Positions 50,115 to 64,000 of a stretch of 64,000 bases of DNA are shown piece after piece (positions within the stretch are counted from its first letter, which is position 1; every line of letters begins with the position of its first letter). The DNA lies in the NCBI GenBank assembly GCA_035084275.1, contig CM068751.1, positions 2,356,001 to 2,420,000 on the forward strand. Direction: 5' to 3'. Made by a program: the position numbers and the translations under genes. Source of the stretch: Hydrolagus colliei. Taxonomy: Eukaryota. Below the pieces are notes generated by a model. The model was not told the origin of the DNA. It ran no database searches and saw only the letters and a list, made by a program, of their open reading frames with translations.

Positions 50115-51119
50115 TATTTTCCCCATCTTTAAACCATATGCCATGGCTAATTACAAAACAAGCTGTTCAGTTTGGTGCTTGAAATGAATCGACCATTTCC
50201 AAACAATATTAACAAAATACCAAAGAATTGTCAGAGGGTAAATCACAACAACAATATTTCCTATTGATCTGGTATGATTGTATAAACCACATAGTTGTTT
50301 ACAAACTGGTTGGATTGGTCAGCCATTTCACTACGATATTCAGCCCATAAACTGCAGAAATTGCCTCACTCTTGTCAAAAAGATGAAGGAAACAATTAAC
50401 TTGAAGAGTGTCAGCAAAGAACTTAGTCAACTATGTGAAACACAGATTCAAGAATAATATTGCAGTCTGATTCATAAGATTATATTTTGATTTTTCCAGA
50501 GTCTGATGAAAGATTGTATTCCAAATTATGTCACCAACATAAATGTGGTTTGAAACAGATTATTACATTGGATATAATATTTATCATATTAAAATAGGTC
50601 AAACAATTCAGAGTTTTCTACTGAATTAGGTTTAGTGACTGTATTTGTAAGAAAGCATTGCAAACAAGTTGCAAACCACAATGTCTTACAAATAGCCATA
50701 ACGATGCAATCCTTCCCATTGCATTGGGAAATATACTGAGTTCAGTCCTAACATGAACTAGACTGAGAAACCTTCTTTGAAAGTCTCTTTATCAGATGAC
50801 AATGTCCTTTTAAGATACAACACACCCAAGGTTCATTTATTTGGAGGCTGGAGATCACCCTAAAACAACACCCATTAATGTATATGATATTTTAAAAAAG
50901 GATACAATACAACACGATATTCATCGTGTTGCAAATTCATCAGATGCGCCCAAATTGATTCCCCCTATCCCCATGTATGTTATAACTGCATGTTTTTTTT
51001 GCAGGTTAGCAAAAAGCTGATGATTCATCTGGAATCAAAGCAACTTATCATTTAGCAGATTTTGAAGCCAGTCCTGCAAGGAAGTGATAGTACATTTTGG
51101 TACATACAGCCTAGAAAAT

Positions 51120-51880
51120 AAGAATCTAAATGGGGTAAAGGAGCACAGATACACAAATCGCTAAAAGTAGCAACGCAGTTTAATAAGGGCATTAAAAAAA
51201 GCAAACCAAGTATTGTGGTTCATTTCCAGAGGGATAGACATGAATAGCAGGGAAGTTATACCAAACTTATATCGAGCCTTGGCTAGACCACGCTTAGGAG
51301 TCCTGTGTACAGTTCTGGTCCCATATTACAGAAAGGATATAGAGGCAATGGAAAAGGAGCAAAGGAAATTTACAGGGATGATACCGGAACTGTGTGGTTA
51401 TACTTATCAGGAAAGACTGAACATGCTTGGAATGCTTTCTCTTGAAAAAAGAGGGTAAGGGGTGACCTAATGGAGGTCTTTAAAATTATGAAAGGGTTTT
51501 GATAGTGCAGACATAGAGAAGATGTTTCCATTTGCGGGGTAGACCAATGGCAGAGGCCATTAATTTAAATTGCCACCAATAGATCAAAGAGGGAAGGTCA
51601 GAAGAAACTTCTTTTTCCAGAAAGTGGTGAGAATGTGGAACTTGTTACAACAACAAATTGCATTTTCATTTGGTGTATCTCAAGGTATAATTGACGTGAA
51701 TAGCATAGATGCATTTAAGGGGAAGCTGGATGTTTACATGATGGAGAAAGGAATACAGTAGTAGGTTATGCTGATAGGCTTAGTTAAGGAAGGGCAGTAG
51801 GAGGCTCATTTAGAGCATAAACACCTGCCTAGACTAGTTGGGCCGAATGGCCTGGTTCTGTGCTGTATATTCAATGAATG
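51120..51880 (+). mobile_element. Old CR1 3' fragment
   Basis: FISRGI..LYRALARPRL, YQERLNMLGMLSLEKR, RNFFFQKVVRMWNLL; tail gggccgaatggcctg.ttctgtgctgta. Confidence 0.85.
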
Positions 51881-54800
51881 GAATGTCAGAATTGCTGCTC
51901 TTGGCTCGAAAGCTGTTTACAGTGTCTTTGATGTTACAGAATATCAACCAAAGATACGCAGTCGGCCGGCCAAGCATATCCACACTGGAATAAATAGCCC
52001 GTGTGCATGATCTTGTCAAAGGAGATGAGGTGAGAATTTGACAAATATAATTACTGCCGGTCACAAAACAGAACACTTCATCTCCAAGGCAGCAGAACAT
52101 AGCTCAGCAACCCTCAAATCAAAGTCTACCTTCCGCCTGATAACGAGACAGGGTTTCTGCACGGCCAAGCTGCTGTGACAGAATCCTTTGTGAAAAACAT
52201 ACTGAAATCCTAGCATTCACTACCACACTATCCATATAGAGGATAGTTAGCTAAGCAGTCTGTCAATCTGCATGGCAACCATTTTGTGAGAGTAAGACAA
52301 TAGTGATTGAAGAAGGCCCCACTGATGAGATCTACTGCACTGAGAGATCCTGATTGCTGTGACATTTACTGAGGATGAATGTCCGCATTGTGTTTTGCTT
52401 ATCTGTAATGCATCCCTGAGCAACCGCCACCGTTATCAACTGCGTGATTCACACTCAGTCAAAGTTAATGTCATTTTTTGAAATCTTTTAATTGTTTGTA
52501 GGTTGGGTTGTCATCTTCTGTAACACAAAACAAATGCTCAAAAGTGAGTGGTGGTCTGTGACTGGCCAAATGTTAGAAGAGTTTGTATATTTTGGGGGGG
52601 AGGCAAAATATATTTCCCACCGTTTATTATTTCATGGCTGTAGCATGTCCATGGAGTTCACTTCTCTGAAGACTGGGATGTATGTGCTAAACAAAGTCAT
52701 TATTGATTGACAGTTACATGCGTGGCTCACAGGCTATGTAATTTAAATCAGGCTTGTGACATTTTTAGGAAAGCGAGTGGCAATCATTTTGAGACTCGGT
52801 TAGGGGAGCAGTTGGAACACAACAAATGGCCTTGGAATTCCTGAGGGAAAAATTGCTCAGGATCTGCCACTAACCATAATCCAGTAATCCTTGTTGGAAG
52901 TGTACAAATGTAAAGGTCAAAAGAGGATAGGATTGGATTTAGCCTTGATATTACCCAGGGTCAAATAGCCTACAGATGCTCATTGTCAACTCTCACGCAT
53001 GAGTAATGGTTACTTGAGCAAGTCACCCAAGTTCAACCAGCGCTCAAGGAATTGTTTTCCTTCAGAAGAGGAAAGGGACAAAATTATCAACCATCACATC
53101 CCCACAAACTAACAGTTTACCCAAATAATTAAATGAACATTGGATATACTGACTGATAAAAAATAACTGAATAAGTTCCTGATTTTACTTCACTAAAACA
53201 ATGCATACTGATGCAGCTTAATAAAATACTGGTATTCTTGGTTCATTTGTTAATTTTTGAGCTATGCTAATAAGAACCTGGATATCAGTGGTCTGAAATT
53301 TGACCCAATTTTAGCATGTAACTCTACAACTCTAATTCGAAATTCAGGGTCACATAGAATGGAGGAAAATTCTTGAATTTATTTAAAAACACTTCCAAAT
53401 TAGATCAGAGTTTAAGAAGTTTCTATAATTTTGCACAATCGTAAAGTTCACCTATAGGCTAAAATCATTTCACAGCCTGAGACTCGGAACAAGATCAGCC
53501 TGCCTATGCAGATTTCTTGCAGTATATATTTTGTTTCTTCCCCTCAGTCCCCTTCCATTTCCTCTGAATCAGCCTCTAATATCTGACCTACTTCTGAATC
53601 CTTTTAGCTGTTTTTCCCTCCTATCGACCGGTACTCAAACAAAGGCTCCATACCTAGATTTATTCCTTCCCCAACCCCCACCTCTAACATGGATGCTTGA
53701 ACCATTTCTGTACTGTTTTACCCTGTGTATTCCCATGGGCAAAAACAAAAATTGGCCTACACTGCTGCAAACAATTGACCTCAATTTACGTTAAAAAAAG
53801 AACACTGCGCAGGTGAAAAACTGATCAGATGGCAACCCTACCTTTACATTGTAGGAGGAAGGAGACAGATAGAGATAAGGAATTCCACTGTCTTGCAGTC
53901 CTGGGAAAGAATGAGTTAAGAGTAGCAGCTAGTGCACTGGGTTTTCATTTCAACACAGTAAAGGTACAGAGAGCCTATGTGGGTCAGCATCGTTTTGAGC
54001 GTGGGATGAACAAGAGGAATATTTGAATGAGCAATAACCATAGCAGCAGCAAGGCAGGAAAGTCTGTGGGAGGCAGAGACTGAGATGGTGGAAGCCATTG
54101 GGTCAATCTAAAGGGACACAACTTTGATGAAAAAGTGGCATGGTCCCATGGTCCATTGTTCTCAATCCCACATGATAATACAAGCAGAATCAGTCCAGTA
54201 TATATATACACCCTTTCTAATTGCGAGATGGATTCCTGCAATTTATATCAACATTTCTGCCACTGAGAAAGTTGTGATCAGTGATTGGATATAAAGTGCA
54301 GGCTAATTTCAGCACTGACCCTAAATAAGAGATGGCATACAGCTGATAATTGTACAGGTTTAGAAAGGAAGTCAGCAAATTGACATATGGTTTGTGCAAT
54401 TGGACATACAGATCTCTTTTGTTGTAAATTTAAAATTGCATTCTTAGCAGGTTCTTTTCCATGGAATTTACAGTGCAGTATAACTTGGGAGTTCAGTTTT
54501 CAGTTGTAAAAAGGCAGATGTTATAATTTGCTGAGAACAAAAAGAGACTCATTATTATTATTTTCCAAATAACCCAGAAGACCTCTCCGTCAGCTTGAGG
54601 GTAGCATCTTGGGAAACATTTAGTTAATTTTTGTGATCTAATTGCCGATCGCACTCACAACAGAGTTAGTGCATTGCTTATTCAACCTGTTCATCTCATT
54701 AGATGTCAAAGCATTTTAATTATAAATGAGACCAATCTGGATATTAAATATTAACGAAGAATGCTTGTGCAGTGATGGAAAAATTCTGGAAGGTTCTACA

Positions 54801-57800
54801 CACACAGCCCCAATGAAGCAGCTCTATTGGGCACAGCAGAAATACAAACTATCTGTGCACTGAATTTAATTTATATTCATTTGCAACTCAAGGGAATCAT
54901 TCTAATGTTTTTAAAGGCAAGCATTAAATGTTTTTTCAATGCCTCCTATTTGAAAAAGACTACTTTTCAAGCAAATAGATTAAGTGTTGATTTTAATTAT
55001 TTTCAGTTTATTTTTAATGAGCCCTTTAAAGGTCTTTGCATACAAAATATGAGAGGTTTTTACATTTGTTGAATCACACAGTGTGATGAACGTTTCCTCT
55101 GACCCTCTCCGGAGGGTCGCCCTGACCCCGCTAACCTCATTCTGAATAAGTGCAAGTTCACCTGCAGGACCACGAGTACTATTGGAGTTGGCTCCCCGCT
55201 GTGTACCAGACATCCACACTCCTGGAGGATACTCTTGGTATGAGGGGAGAATTGTAGCATTAAAGACCAGTCATGGCTAGTTTCTATTTGGATTTAAAAT
55301 GCATTTGATTGATTTGAAGGCTGTACTCACAAAAGCGTGAATCAAGGGTAACCAAGTACAGTATAAAGATTCTCAGAACTGTCCTGGTCACTGTACTATT
55401 GATAAAGCTTTTCATTTGCTACTTTTCTATCCTTATTCCCATGTTTGTCATTACATTCATCATTTTTAAACTTCTTTAAATGTCTTGAATGCAGAATTTT
55501 ATCAAATGCTTTCTAAAAAATCCATGGAAAATAAGATAAACTGGAGGCCTCATCCACCCGTTTTGTTACCTTCTAAAATAATTCCAGGCAATCTGTAACC
55601 TTGAAAGCTGCCAAAGGGAACAACTGAGACAATGTGAGCAGTTCCGGATAAAACAACCCGTGTCCATTTACTAATACTAATTAGAAAGCTGGAGGCTAGA
55701 AATGTTACTCTGAGTTTGTTTTAAATTGGGTTATGGTTTTGGAAATAACTTAACAAATACACTCTTGAAAAACAGAATGAAAATAGCAGCTTGAAACTGT
55801 TATCCAGAACAAGCAGAGTTACTCAGTTACTCAGCAGAGTGACGTGAATATTCCAGATACTTTCTAGATTTTTCAGCACTTCCAGTTAATGTGAACACCT
55901 GATTCCAAGTCACAGTTGGTGGGAGAACACTGTCTATTGTTACACTTGCCTGATTTACAAATGAGTAATTCATTCAGAGGTAGCTGTCTTTCACTCGAAA
56001 TGCCTTTAGAAGATTCAGAAGTTCAGAATGAAAACAAACGACTGCACAAAACTCAGTTGTCCTCCAGCAGATCTAGCCAGTGTGCTTCACAAGCAGCCGT
56101 GTTAGATATTCCCATAAACAGATTTTAGTTTACCTCATTGATTGTGTCTTGAATGTTTTATCTCCCATTGGGAAGCACATTGTCAGGCACCCGTTATCTT
56201 CTGGCGTGTCACCCAAGTGGTAATTTTTCATGTAATGTGTGCTATTATGTTTTAATGTAATATATATTTTATATTAGTGGCAAGGGTCAGATCTTAGCCT
56301 CATCTTTTTTTCACCCCAAAACCTGCACCTTCAGCAGGAGTAGCTACAAAGTGATCTGCAATGAAACTGATTTTTTTCCTTGTGTTCCCATAGCTCAGCA
56401 ACATCAGCACAGTCTGGGTATTAAACCTTCTCGGTCTACATTTCAGCTATGGCTGAAAATACTCACTAAACCTTATAGAGCGGGAAATTATGTCCTTAAT
56501 TTTTTTAAATGAACTTTTGAAGTGCTTCTACACTACAAATGCAGCCTCTGCTGCTATAGAAGCTTATGATACCAGCTAACATAGCTGCCTTTATACAATC
56601 TACTGTGTAAGGCTGCTGGATGTACTTAGGTTAGTTCCACTTTTCCACGTATACAAACAGTACCACAACCCAACAGAGAGCACAGGCAGGACAAAATAAC
56701 ATATCAGATCAAGATAATAATTTGCTGAGAGCAAAATCTGATTCATAGGCTGAGAAGAAATTCAAGCGGGGAGGAAGTTAATTGGATAGGGAGCAGAGGA
56801 AATGTGGATTCTTGCAGGAGATAAATGGCCTACAAATCCACCTAATGGTCTTATAAATAGTCCAAGAAAAAAATGTGATCCGGGACAATTGGACATTAGA
56901 GAAATCTAAGCCGACCTAACCCTGACACTGGAGATCCATGCCCCAAAGCAATTGATTATAAAGAAACTTCACAGTATTTACACTTCAGTTTGAAATCAGG
57001 AACTAAGACCAAAGTGAAAGCTTCAACCTATCAATTACTGCAACGTAATCTATGAGCCATCAGCCAAGATGAATTTTTCCTGTAGATGGCTTGAAAGATG
57101 AGATGAGTGGTGTACTTTTTAAAACAAATATTTATTCGCTTTCTTTTTGGAGATATTGATCAAGAAGATAGCATTAACCGTTTCTGCAGCACGATATATA
57201 CGCAATACACTTCCATCAGTGTTTGGAAGTCTATTACGTGTTTATAGTACTGTGGGCAATTCAATTCTTCAACAACAAGATTATTATTTTTTGAACATGC
57301 CCCACTAATCCCTCTCCCCATCACTTTTTGTTAGGGGGCAGTGAATTATTCAGTACTTATTCTGTGTAGAAGGTGTACTTTAAGCAGCCTGCTTACTTCT
57401 ATATTTGATATATGTCGTTCAACATTTAAAAGCCCCGGAGCATGGCTCACACTGCCCCCTGCAGAGAAAACAAGTTCTGTTTGAGTTCAATCCTCTTTCA
57501 TAATGTGAATTCTATTTCCCAGAATCACCCTAATCAATTTCCTCTGAAATCTCTCTGAAATAGGGTCACAGATTTCTACAAATCCTTTAGAGTTATGCAC
57601 CGCTGAGTTAGACACCGTTAACATAACCAGTTTACATTTAGATATACTGTTCCAGTAAATTCTAATATATAATTTACCTTATTGATGGCACCGTTCTGTG
57701 AAGAATTTATTATCACAGCCAAATCATCTTGATTTGCTAATGTACAACCTTTCGTAGTGTTTATGTTTCAGGCTTCCTTTCCAAATGTACGTGTAGATTT

Positions 57801-59484
57801 TATCCACTTTGAAATCAGTTGCTTTTCCTTACTTGCTCACTTTGTTGTTGAAGTTCGTTCAAATTCTGTCAATTTCATTCGCACTTATCAACAAATTTTA
57901 TGAAATAACCAGAAGTGGGTACTTCTGCATCATTTAGAAACAGTGTAAACTGCAAGCTTACAGACCCTTGGGAAATTTGACAAGTAACTGCTCCCATTCA
58001 AAGCCTTTTCCATTGCCAGGCCAATTTCAATTCAGCCAGCTAATGCACCATTAAATTCCACAAGCCTTAATCTTCATTGGAAGCTTACAGTAGCAGATTG
58101 TGACTGGCTGCAGGGACACAGCAGTAGCAAGAAGAGCTCTAAAGGCCAGTTTGAATTTGAAGACTTAAAATTTATATATTTTAAATTGCAGTCTCTTTAG
58201 TTGCTATAAACTGACCTGGCGGTAATTTGCTTATTTCTCTCTGAAAAGGAGATAAATAAACTTTTGGGATCAGCAAGTGGGACACGATATGGAGAATTTC
58301 TTTGTCAATAATTGATCTGTGTTCCTTTCTTCCACTATGATGTCTCATTATATATTGATTAGCTATCTTTTGTCTCCAATAGCTTATGTTGTAGGTTTTG
58401 CCCCATATTTTGAGTACAGTACATGCATTTTCTTGCTAACATCTGTACTAAAGATTTTTGTTACTTCCAACTTAAATCCATTGAATTGAAAGAAAAAGGA
58501 GTCAAATACCTTCAGAAGTTGAAAAGAATTAGAAGAAAAAATTAAGGGGGGAACAAATCAATAATATTTCCAGTTTGAATACGAGTGTTTCTCTGCTGAA
58601 TGAAAAGCAAGATAGTAATTCTGATCTGAGTTAAAAGGGATATATGTGAAGGTAAGAAATGAACTTGGCCCTTGTTTGACATCCATCTGCAGTCAGTCCC
58701 ACAAGGGAAGACAAAGCGACTCCTTCTATGGAAGTTTATTATCTGGAATCTGCTCCTAGTGAATGAGGTTCCATTGATGTTCAGAAATCAATGAGCCAAT
58801 TTTTTCTATTTTTTGCCACATTGGAAGGCTGTTTAATATTAATGCCCATTGTCCACTCATGAGCTGCTAGGAATTAATAAGCAGCATTGTAGCTACCCAA
58901 CTCTGTGGAACTACCCAATTTAATGATGGATTATTTCCTTCCACTTTATATATGAGTTCTAATGTGCTCTGTATGAAGCAATCAGCATATTATTACAAAA
59001 TAGTAGGACTTTTAGAGAGAGTTCAAGATTCACAATCATCAGAGTGGAAGTGTAAACATTACAACTACATCAATAAACAGAGAGGCTTTCTTCACCAGCC
59101 TGCCAGATTTTTCCCATAGGCCACTAGAGTGTCAAGTAATGTAGACATGCAGCGATCCACACAAGATGATAATAACCATGCATATCAGCTTATCGTGTTT
59201 GTCTCTTGCTTCCTCGGTGCCACCAACAGTGGTTGTGTCTTCAGCTTCTATGTCCAGAAAGTCTGGAACTCTCTCCCTTAATCCCCACTCCAATTAACTA
59301 ATTCATGACAAATCATCATCCATTCTTGGTTGCTTCCAATTTCTATGGCTCAGTTTCACATTCAGTACATATCATAGATAGTCTGTTATTTTATTGGAAT
59401 AGAGTCAGTATTTTGAATGACTTTTGAAGTGTTTGAAACTGTAAGCAACTACTGAACCTGCAACCTATTTATAATAATCATATC

Positions 59485-59777
59485 CTTGAATTTTGATAAT
59501 AGTGTTTTTCACGTCTTCTCGGTGTTTCAAAGCGCTTCACAGAATACACCAGTAAAGTGAACTGACTGTATATTTGTAGACAAAATGAAGCAGCACACAG
59601 CAGTGTCCCACAAACAGTCGTGGATTGAAATGACAAATTTTATTATTATGTTTTTTTTTAGGGATTATTATTAGGCATGTGGAGTAAGGAAACTAAGATT
59701 TCGCCCTGACCTACCTGGATTTGAACACAGGCCTCACGCTTGTAAGGCGAGTGCTCTAACCACTGAGATATAGGACT
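59485..59777 (-). mobile_element. tRNA-derived SINE copy
   Basis: Head, body and tail match 13893-14222 in reverse. Confidence 0.85.
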
Positions 59778-60867
59778 TGACTCCACTATTGAGCTATTTG
59801 AATCCTTATTATGTGACTAAAAGCACACTTTAAGTTGGTAAACAAACACAAGGTATCCTCTCAATGAAGAATAGGTTAGAGAGTTAACTATCAGGGTTAG
59901 GCACCGCCACCTGAAGATTACAAACACAATTTCTAAAGGTTGATGATGTGCGTGGCAGGGTCAACTAGACATCCCCTCATGAATATAACTGATTCAACCT
60001 CATGGCACCAAGAACATTTAAAATAACAACCTTATTCTCTGTCAGTAATCAACAAAACGTTCCCCTGATGCTTCAGCAAGTAAATCACTGCCCAGTGATC
60101 AACTGAACCACAAAGGCAAAGGTCGCAGGTTCAATAAAATAATTTCAAGTTCATATTGAAATAATAAAGGCCAAACGTGAGAATATTACACACATTAGGA
60201 ATGGATGCTTGAGAAGATTTCTGAAGAACAGCTCAAGTTTGTTGACCCCAAGTCAACACTTTTTGGGAAAGAAACAAAGTAAGAAAATAACAAAATAATG
60301 GTTTACCACTGAGCAAAGACTCCACCTAAACTATTACAGTTCATTACTTCAAGAGTTTTCATACTCGGCTTTGAGCTTGAGAGACTGAGCGCTGCAGACA
60401 CAATTCTTAATTTTGATGTGTGGATTTGTACCTTAAGTCCATCACTGATGCTTAATAAAACTTTTCAAATAAAGATTGAAACATTTCAGTTCAACATTGT
60501 TATTCTGTGGCCAACTTCACATTCACAAAGCACTAATGCGGTTAACAGCAATTTTGAAACAATTTGAACAACCAGAGTTACTGCAAATAGTAAAAATAAG
60601 TATATCTTGTGATATATTGTATATAGTGTAGTATAAACACAACAGCAAAGTCCACACAGCCCATTTCCACAAACTGAGCCTCCTTGATAACACTGTCTTG
60701 AGTCTTTGTTTTATAGCAATCTGCCAATGACCTCAGCTTTACTTTTACTTTACCTGACATCCACCTGCGCAAACTTCACAGGGGGGGTCACTGGATAATG
60801 ATCAGGAATGGAATCCCAAGCTATTTATCCCATTCATATCCTAATATTGCTGAGGTGAATGGTCATG

Positions 60868-61080
60868 ATAATAATAATAATCCTTGCATTTTATATAGCG
60901 CTTTTCGCATCTTATCGATGACTCAAAGTGCTTCACAGAATATACAGTACTGTAAAGTGAAGTGACTGTACATTTGTGGGCGAAACACGACAGCCAATTG
61001 CGCATTGCAGTAGCCCACAAAGAGTAGTGGATTGAAATGACCAATTTTATTATTGCGGGTTTTGTGGAGGGATTATTGTT
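60868..61080 (-). mobile_element. SINE body and tail
   Basis: Matches 32129-32340. Confidence 0.8.
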
Positions 61081-61576
61081 GCTGCAGGTGCCATCAGCAG
61101 ATTTGCGCAACTGGGAATCAAACTTGGCACTTTACTGGCCCATCAGGTTAACTTTCACACAAGCCAGTGGTTTTACCAGTGGACCAATTACCTGAATTTA
61201 AAGGAATTTTCATTCTTTCACCCAAAGAAGCACGATGTAGATAAAATCTCTACTTAATTTTCGTTCACAGAATTGTATTGAAATCCATTATCATATTTTG
61301 CTGAAGAACATGCAAGGCAAAACATAAAATGGTGCAACTCAAATTAAAATCTCAACATTTCTTTGTGCGTAAACTCATTTTAAGGAAAGTGAAATCAATA
61401 TTTATGAGATTCAACTGCATTTTCACTGCTCTATTATAAATTTCCATGACAGATCTGAAGCAATTTTAAGCTCACGTAGATCTGAATTCTGGTGGCAATT
61501 GTAGACATTGAGTAAATTGACTTTCACTGAATAAAGTGTGGTAGCCTGGGATTCACAAGGAAAGGCAATCAATATA

Positions 61577-61682
61577 CAGTAAAAGCCTGTTTATCCATGA
61601 CCCGATCAACCAAAACTTCTGTATAACCGGCGCCGCAAACAAAAAAGGTCCCCATTCGAATAACCGGAAGTTATCCAGAAAA
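61577..61682. mobile_element. Single end of the Tigger-like MITE
   Basis: ta|cagtaaaagcctgtttatccatgacccgatcaacc matches 32950-33045. Confidence 0.75.
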
Positions 61683-63117
61683 ATATCCCTTTTGTGTCAG
61701 TACAATATTCAACTGCTGATTTTTCAACTGAGATGAAGAAAACTAATTTCAATGTCATTCAAAGCTTGCTAATTATACATCATGCATGAAACTTTGTGAA
61801 TAATGTTACATAATTCAGTGTTGTCTCTGTTCTGAAAGAGACAGTTCTCCACATCTGGATACAAAACTATTCCATCTATTTGGCCTCATAAGTCCATGAT
61901 GTTCCTTGTGACAGTTCATGTTATATTATTTTGACTTGAAGTGACCAGTTTTAGGTCTTCATTTTGGCACTACTAACTAAAAATATCACATTTGCAAAAC
62001 ATTTTATTTGGAGAATGAACGATTAAGGTAGAAAGATAAGTTAATTAAAGTTTTGGAAACTATGAAATTGTTTTCCAATTGCAAACAGATTTTCTGACCC
62101 ACTTGGAGGAGTTGGGGGGAGAAATGACATTGTGTATGTATATCAGCTCATATATTTACAGTACAAAATCCTCATGCTTGGAATTGCTTTAGCATGGAGG
62201 GAGGAAACAGGCCAGCTGCATGATATCACTGTCAAAATGTGATAGGATCATTAGCTAATCCAACAAGTGAGGAAATCAGTGTGAATGTAGCAAAACATTG
62301 GCAATTGGGAGAAAAACAATTGCACCATTTTGAAATACTGAAACTTACATAAATTTTTTGCAAAATCCCTACAAAGATTAACTGAAGATTATGAATAATA
62401 AACCGGATTAGATGAATGCATCAATCCTCCCTTCCCCTTTACAATGCAGAATATGGAAGGCTCGGCTACAGTAGGTAACCTTTACACTGAACTTGTCAGG
62501 CCTATCATACAACAGAATGTATGCCTATCATTGGAAGATGGAATCAAAGACAAGTGACTGAATGAAACAGGCTCTTTATGTTACCTTGCAATTGCCTGAA
62601 ATTTGCCTCATCTCCTCCACTTGACTTGCATCATAATAAGCCATACTGCGAATGAAAGCTGGTTCCCAGTTTCTTCAAATACCAAACGATATTTTGTTTC
62701 ATTTTTGAATAATCTCATTCGGCTGCCAGGGGAATGTTTATTTCAACTCATAAGCAAGGTGAAAAAATTGAAAGAAACCATTCTTGGGTATTTATTTTTC
62801 GAATTGGCCCACACATAGGTTTGTAAAATTCGCTAACAACAACAAATTCACTTGTATAGTGGCTTTCACATCAGGAGGACGTCACAATAGTTTCACATCT
62901 TTGTCAAGTTTTTACCAATATATGGGGAAACAGTCAGATGAAACACCCTTATGTAACAATCATTGTGACTGCAATATTGTTTGGTTTTCTTGCAAGTGCC
63001 ATATTGCTAAACAAATGCATGGAAACTGAATCATGTGTGGGACACTTGCATTGTCTGTAGAGGAAGTGGTGGCTCCCTCAGGAATTACATTGTGTACTTT
63101 GACGCTTCACAATACAA

Positions 63118-63196
63118 TATAAAAGGGAATAAAACAGGGTTATATAAAAGGGTATATAAAACAGGGTTATATAAAAGGGTATATAAAACAGGGTTA
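63118..63196. repeat. 27-bp minisatellite, about 2.8 copies
   Basis: taaaagggtatataaaacagggttata unit. Confidence 0.9.
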
Positions 63197-63639
63197 AAAG
63201 CTGAATCTTTTTCCCAGCAAATCAGGAGGCTGTAGGGGATCAAGAACGCCCATGTTCATAAACAGTTGCACAGACATCAAAGCTCTTCAGCAGAAAAAAG
63301 CAGGAGACTGCAGGAAATCATTTCACTCAATTTGAGTGAACAGCAGTATTATGATCTACCATAGGGTAAATTAACTTCCCGCCCTAAGTTGGGTTTTATT
63401 TTCAATCTCAATGTCATTGTGCCTGGAGCTTCGTGAGTTCCTTGTATTGAGTCCTTTGTAAATAAAAGAAATAATCATTTTCATCTGAAAACCTGCTGGC
63501 CCATTTTGTAAAAGTCCCTTTAGTTCAAATTTGTGTGTGTGTTAGACACAGGTCAGATCTAGGAACATTTTATTTTACAAGCAGGTAATTGTTAGCCATA
63601 CCAATGGATCACGCACATTGACAAGGACAATCTGATAAA

Positions 63640-63862
63640 AGAACAAAAACAGAAATTGCTGGAAACACTCAGCAGTTCAGGCAGCATTTATGGAGAAAGG
63701 AAAAGTGAGTCAATGTTTTGGGTCCATGACCCTTTGTCAGAACTGAACGTGAGCCTGAAATGTTAACTCAGCTTTCCCCTCCATAGATGCTGCCTGACCT
63801 GATGAGTATTCCTAGCAATTTCTGTTTTTGTTTCAGATTTCCAGCATCTGCGGTATTTTGCA
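63640..63862. repeat. Penelope-like terminal repeat in inverted (hairpin) arrangement
   Basis: 63642-63719 is an imperfect reverse complement of 63757-63832; same family as 11895-12035. Confidence 0.6.
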
Positions 63863-64000
63863 TTTCTGATAAAAATAACTGTTGTGGGGGGGGGGGGTCA
63901 GATGGCATGAATTATTCCAAAATGATGATCTGGGCAAAACTCCTTGGTGAAAATAGGACCGTTTTCTCTGATTCAGTGATTCTCAAAGTCAATGGTACCC

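Noticed and set aside
52800-53050. Unique conserved non-coding element
   Set aside because: Similar degraded sequence appears near 33880-34100, 56140-56450 and 60650-60830, so it looks like an old dispersed repeat that I cannot classify
49802-63196. CRISPR-like arrays at the two 27-bp repeats
   Set aside because: Head-to-tail minisatellites without unique spacers, in vertebrate intron DNA
48868-64000. RAB6B exons 1-2 and promoter
   Set aside because: I found no GKTSLITRFMYDSFDNTYQ-coding sequence or CpG island by eye; they probably lie beyond the window

Overview
Vertebrate genomic DNA, inferred to be from a cartilaginous fish (probably a chimaera or shark) because of the L2, CR1, tRNA-SINE and Penelope-type repeat content. 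Two convergent spliced genes are present: the last four coding exons of SRPRB (+ strand, 144-7633) and exons 3-8 of RAB6B (- strand, 48867 down to 9889; I did not find exons 1-2 in the window). This matches the tail-to-tail SRPRB-RAB6B order in human. Main observations: (1) this RAB6B carries two tandem 106-nt copies of exon 4, one RAB6A'-type (I62/A87/A88) and one RAB6A-type (V62/T87/V88, plus an unusual F93), i.e. the mutually exclusive exon switch described for RAB6A; (2) its last intron has U12 (minor spliceosome) signals; (3) a three-level nested transposon stack (MITE > CR1 minus > long CR1 plus) lies just upstream of the exon pair; (4) there are several near-perfect fold-back hairpins and an intronic E-box cluster next to a candidate 30-nt in-frame microexon. 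The rest is intron filled with LINE, SINE and MITE relics. Most ORFs in the supplied track are spurious or repeat-derived. Repeat boundaries were read by eye and are approximate unless a TSD is given.
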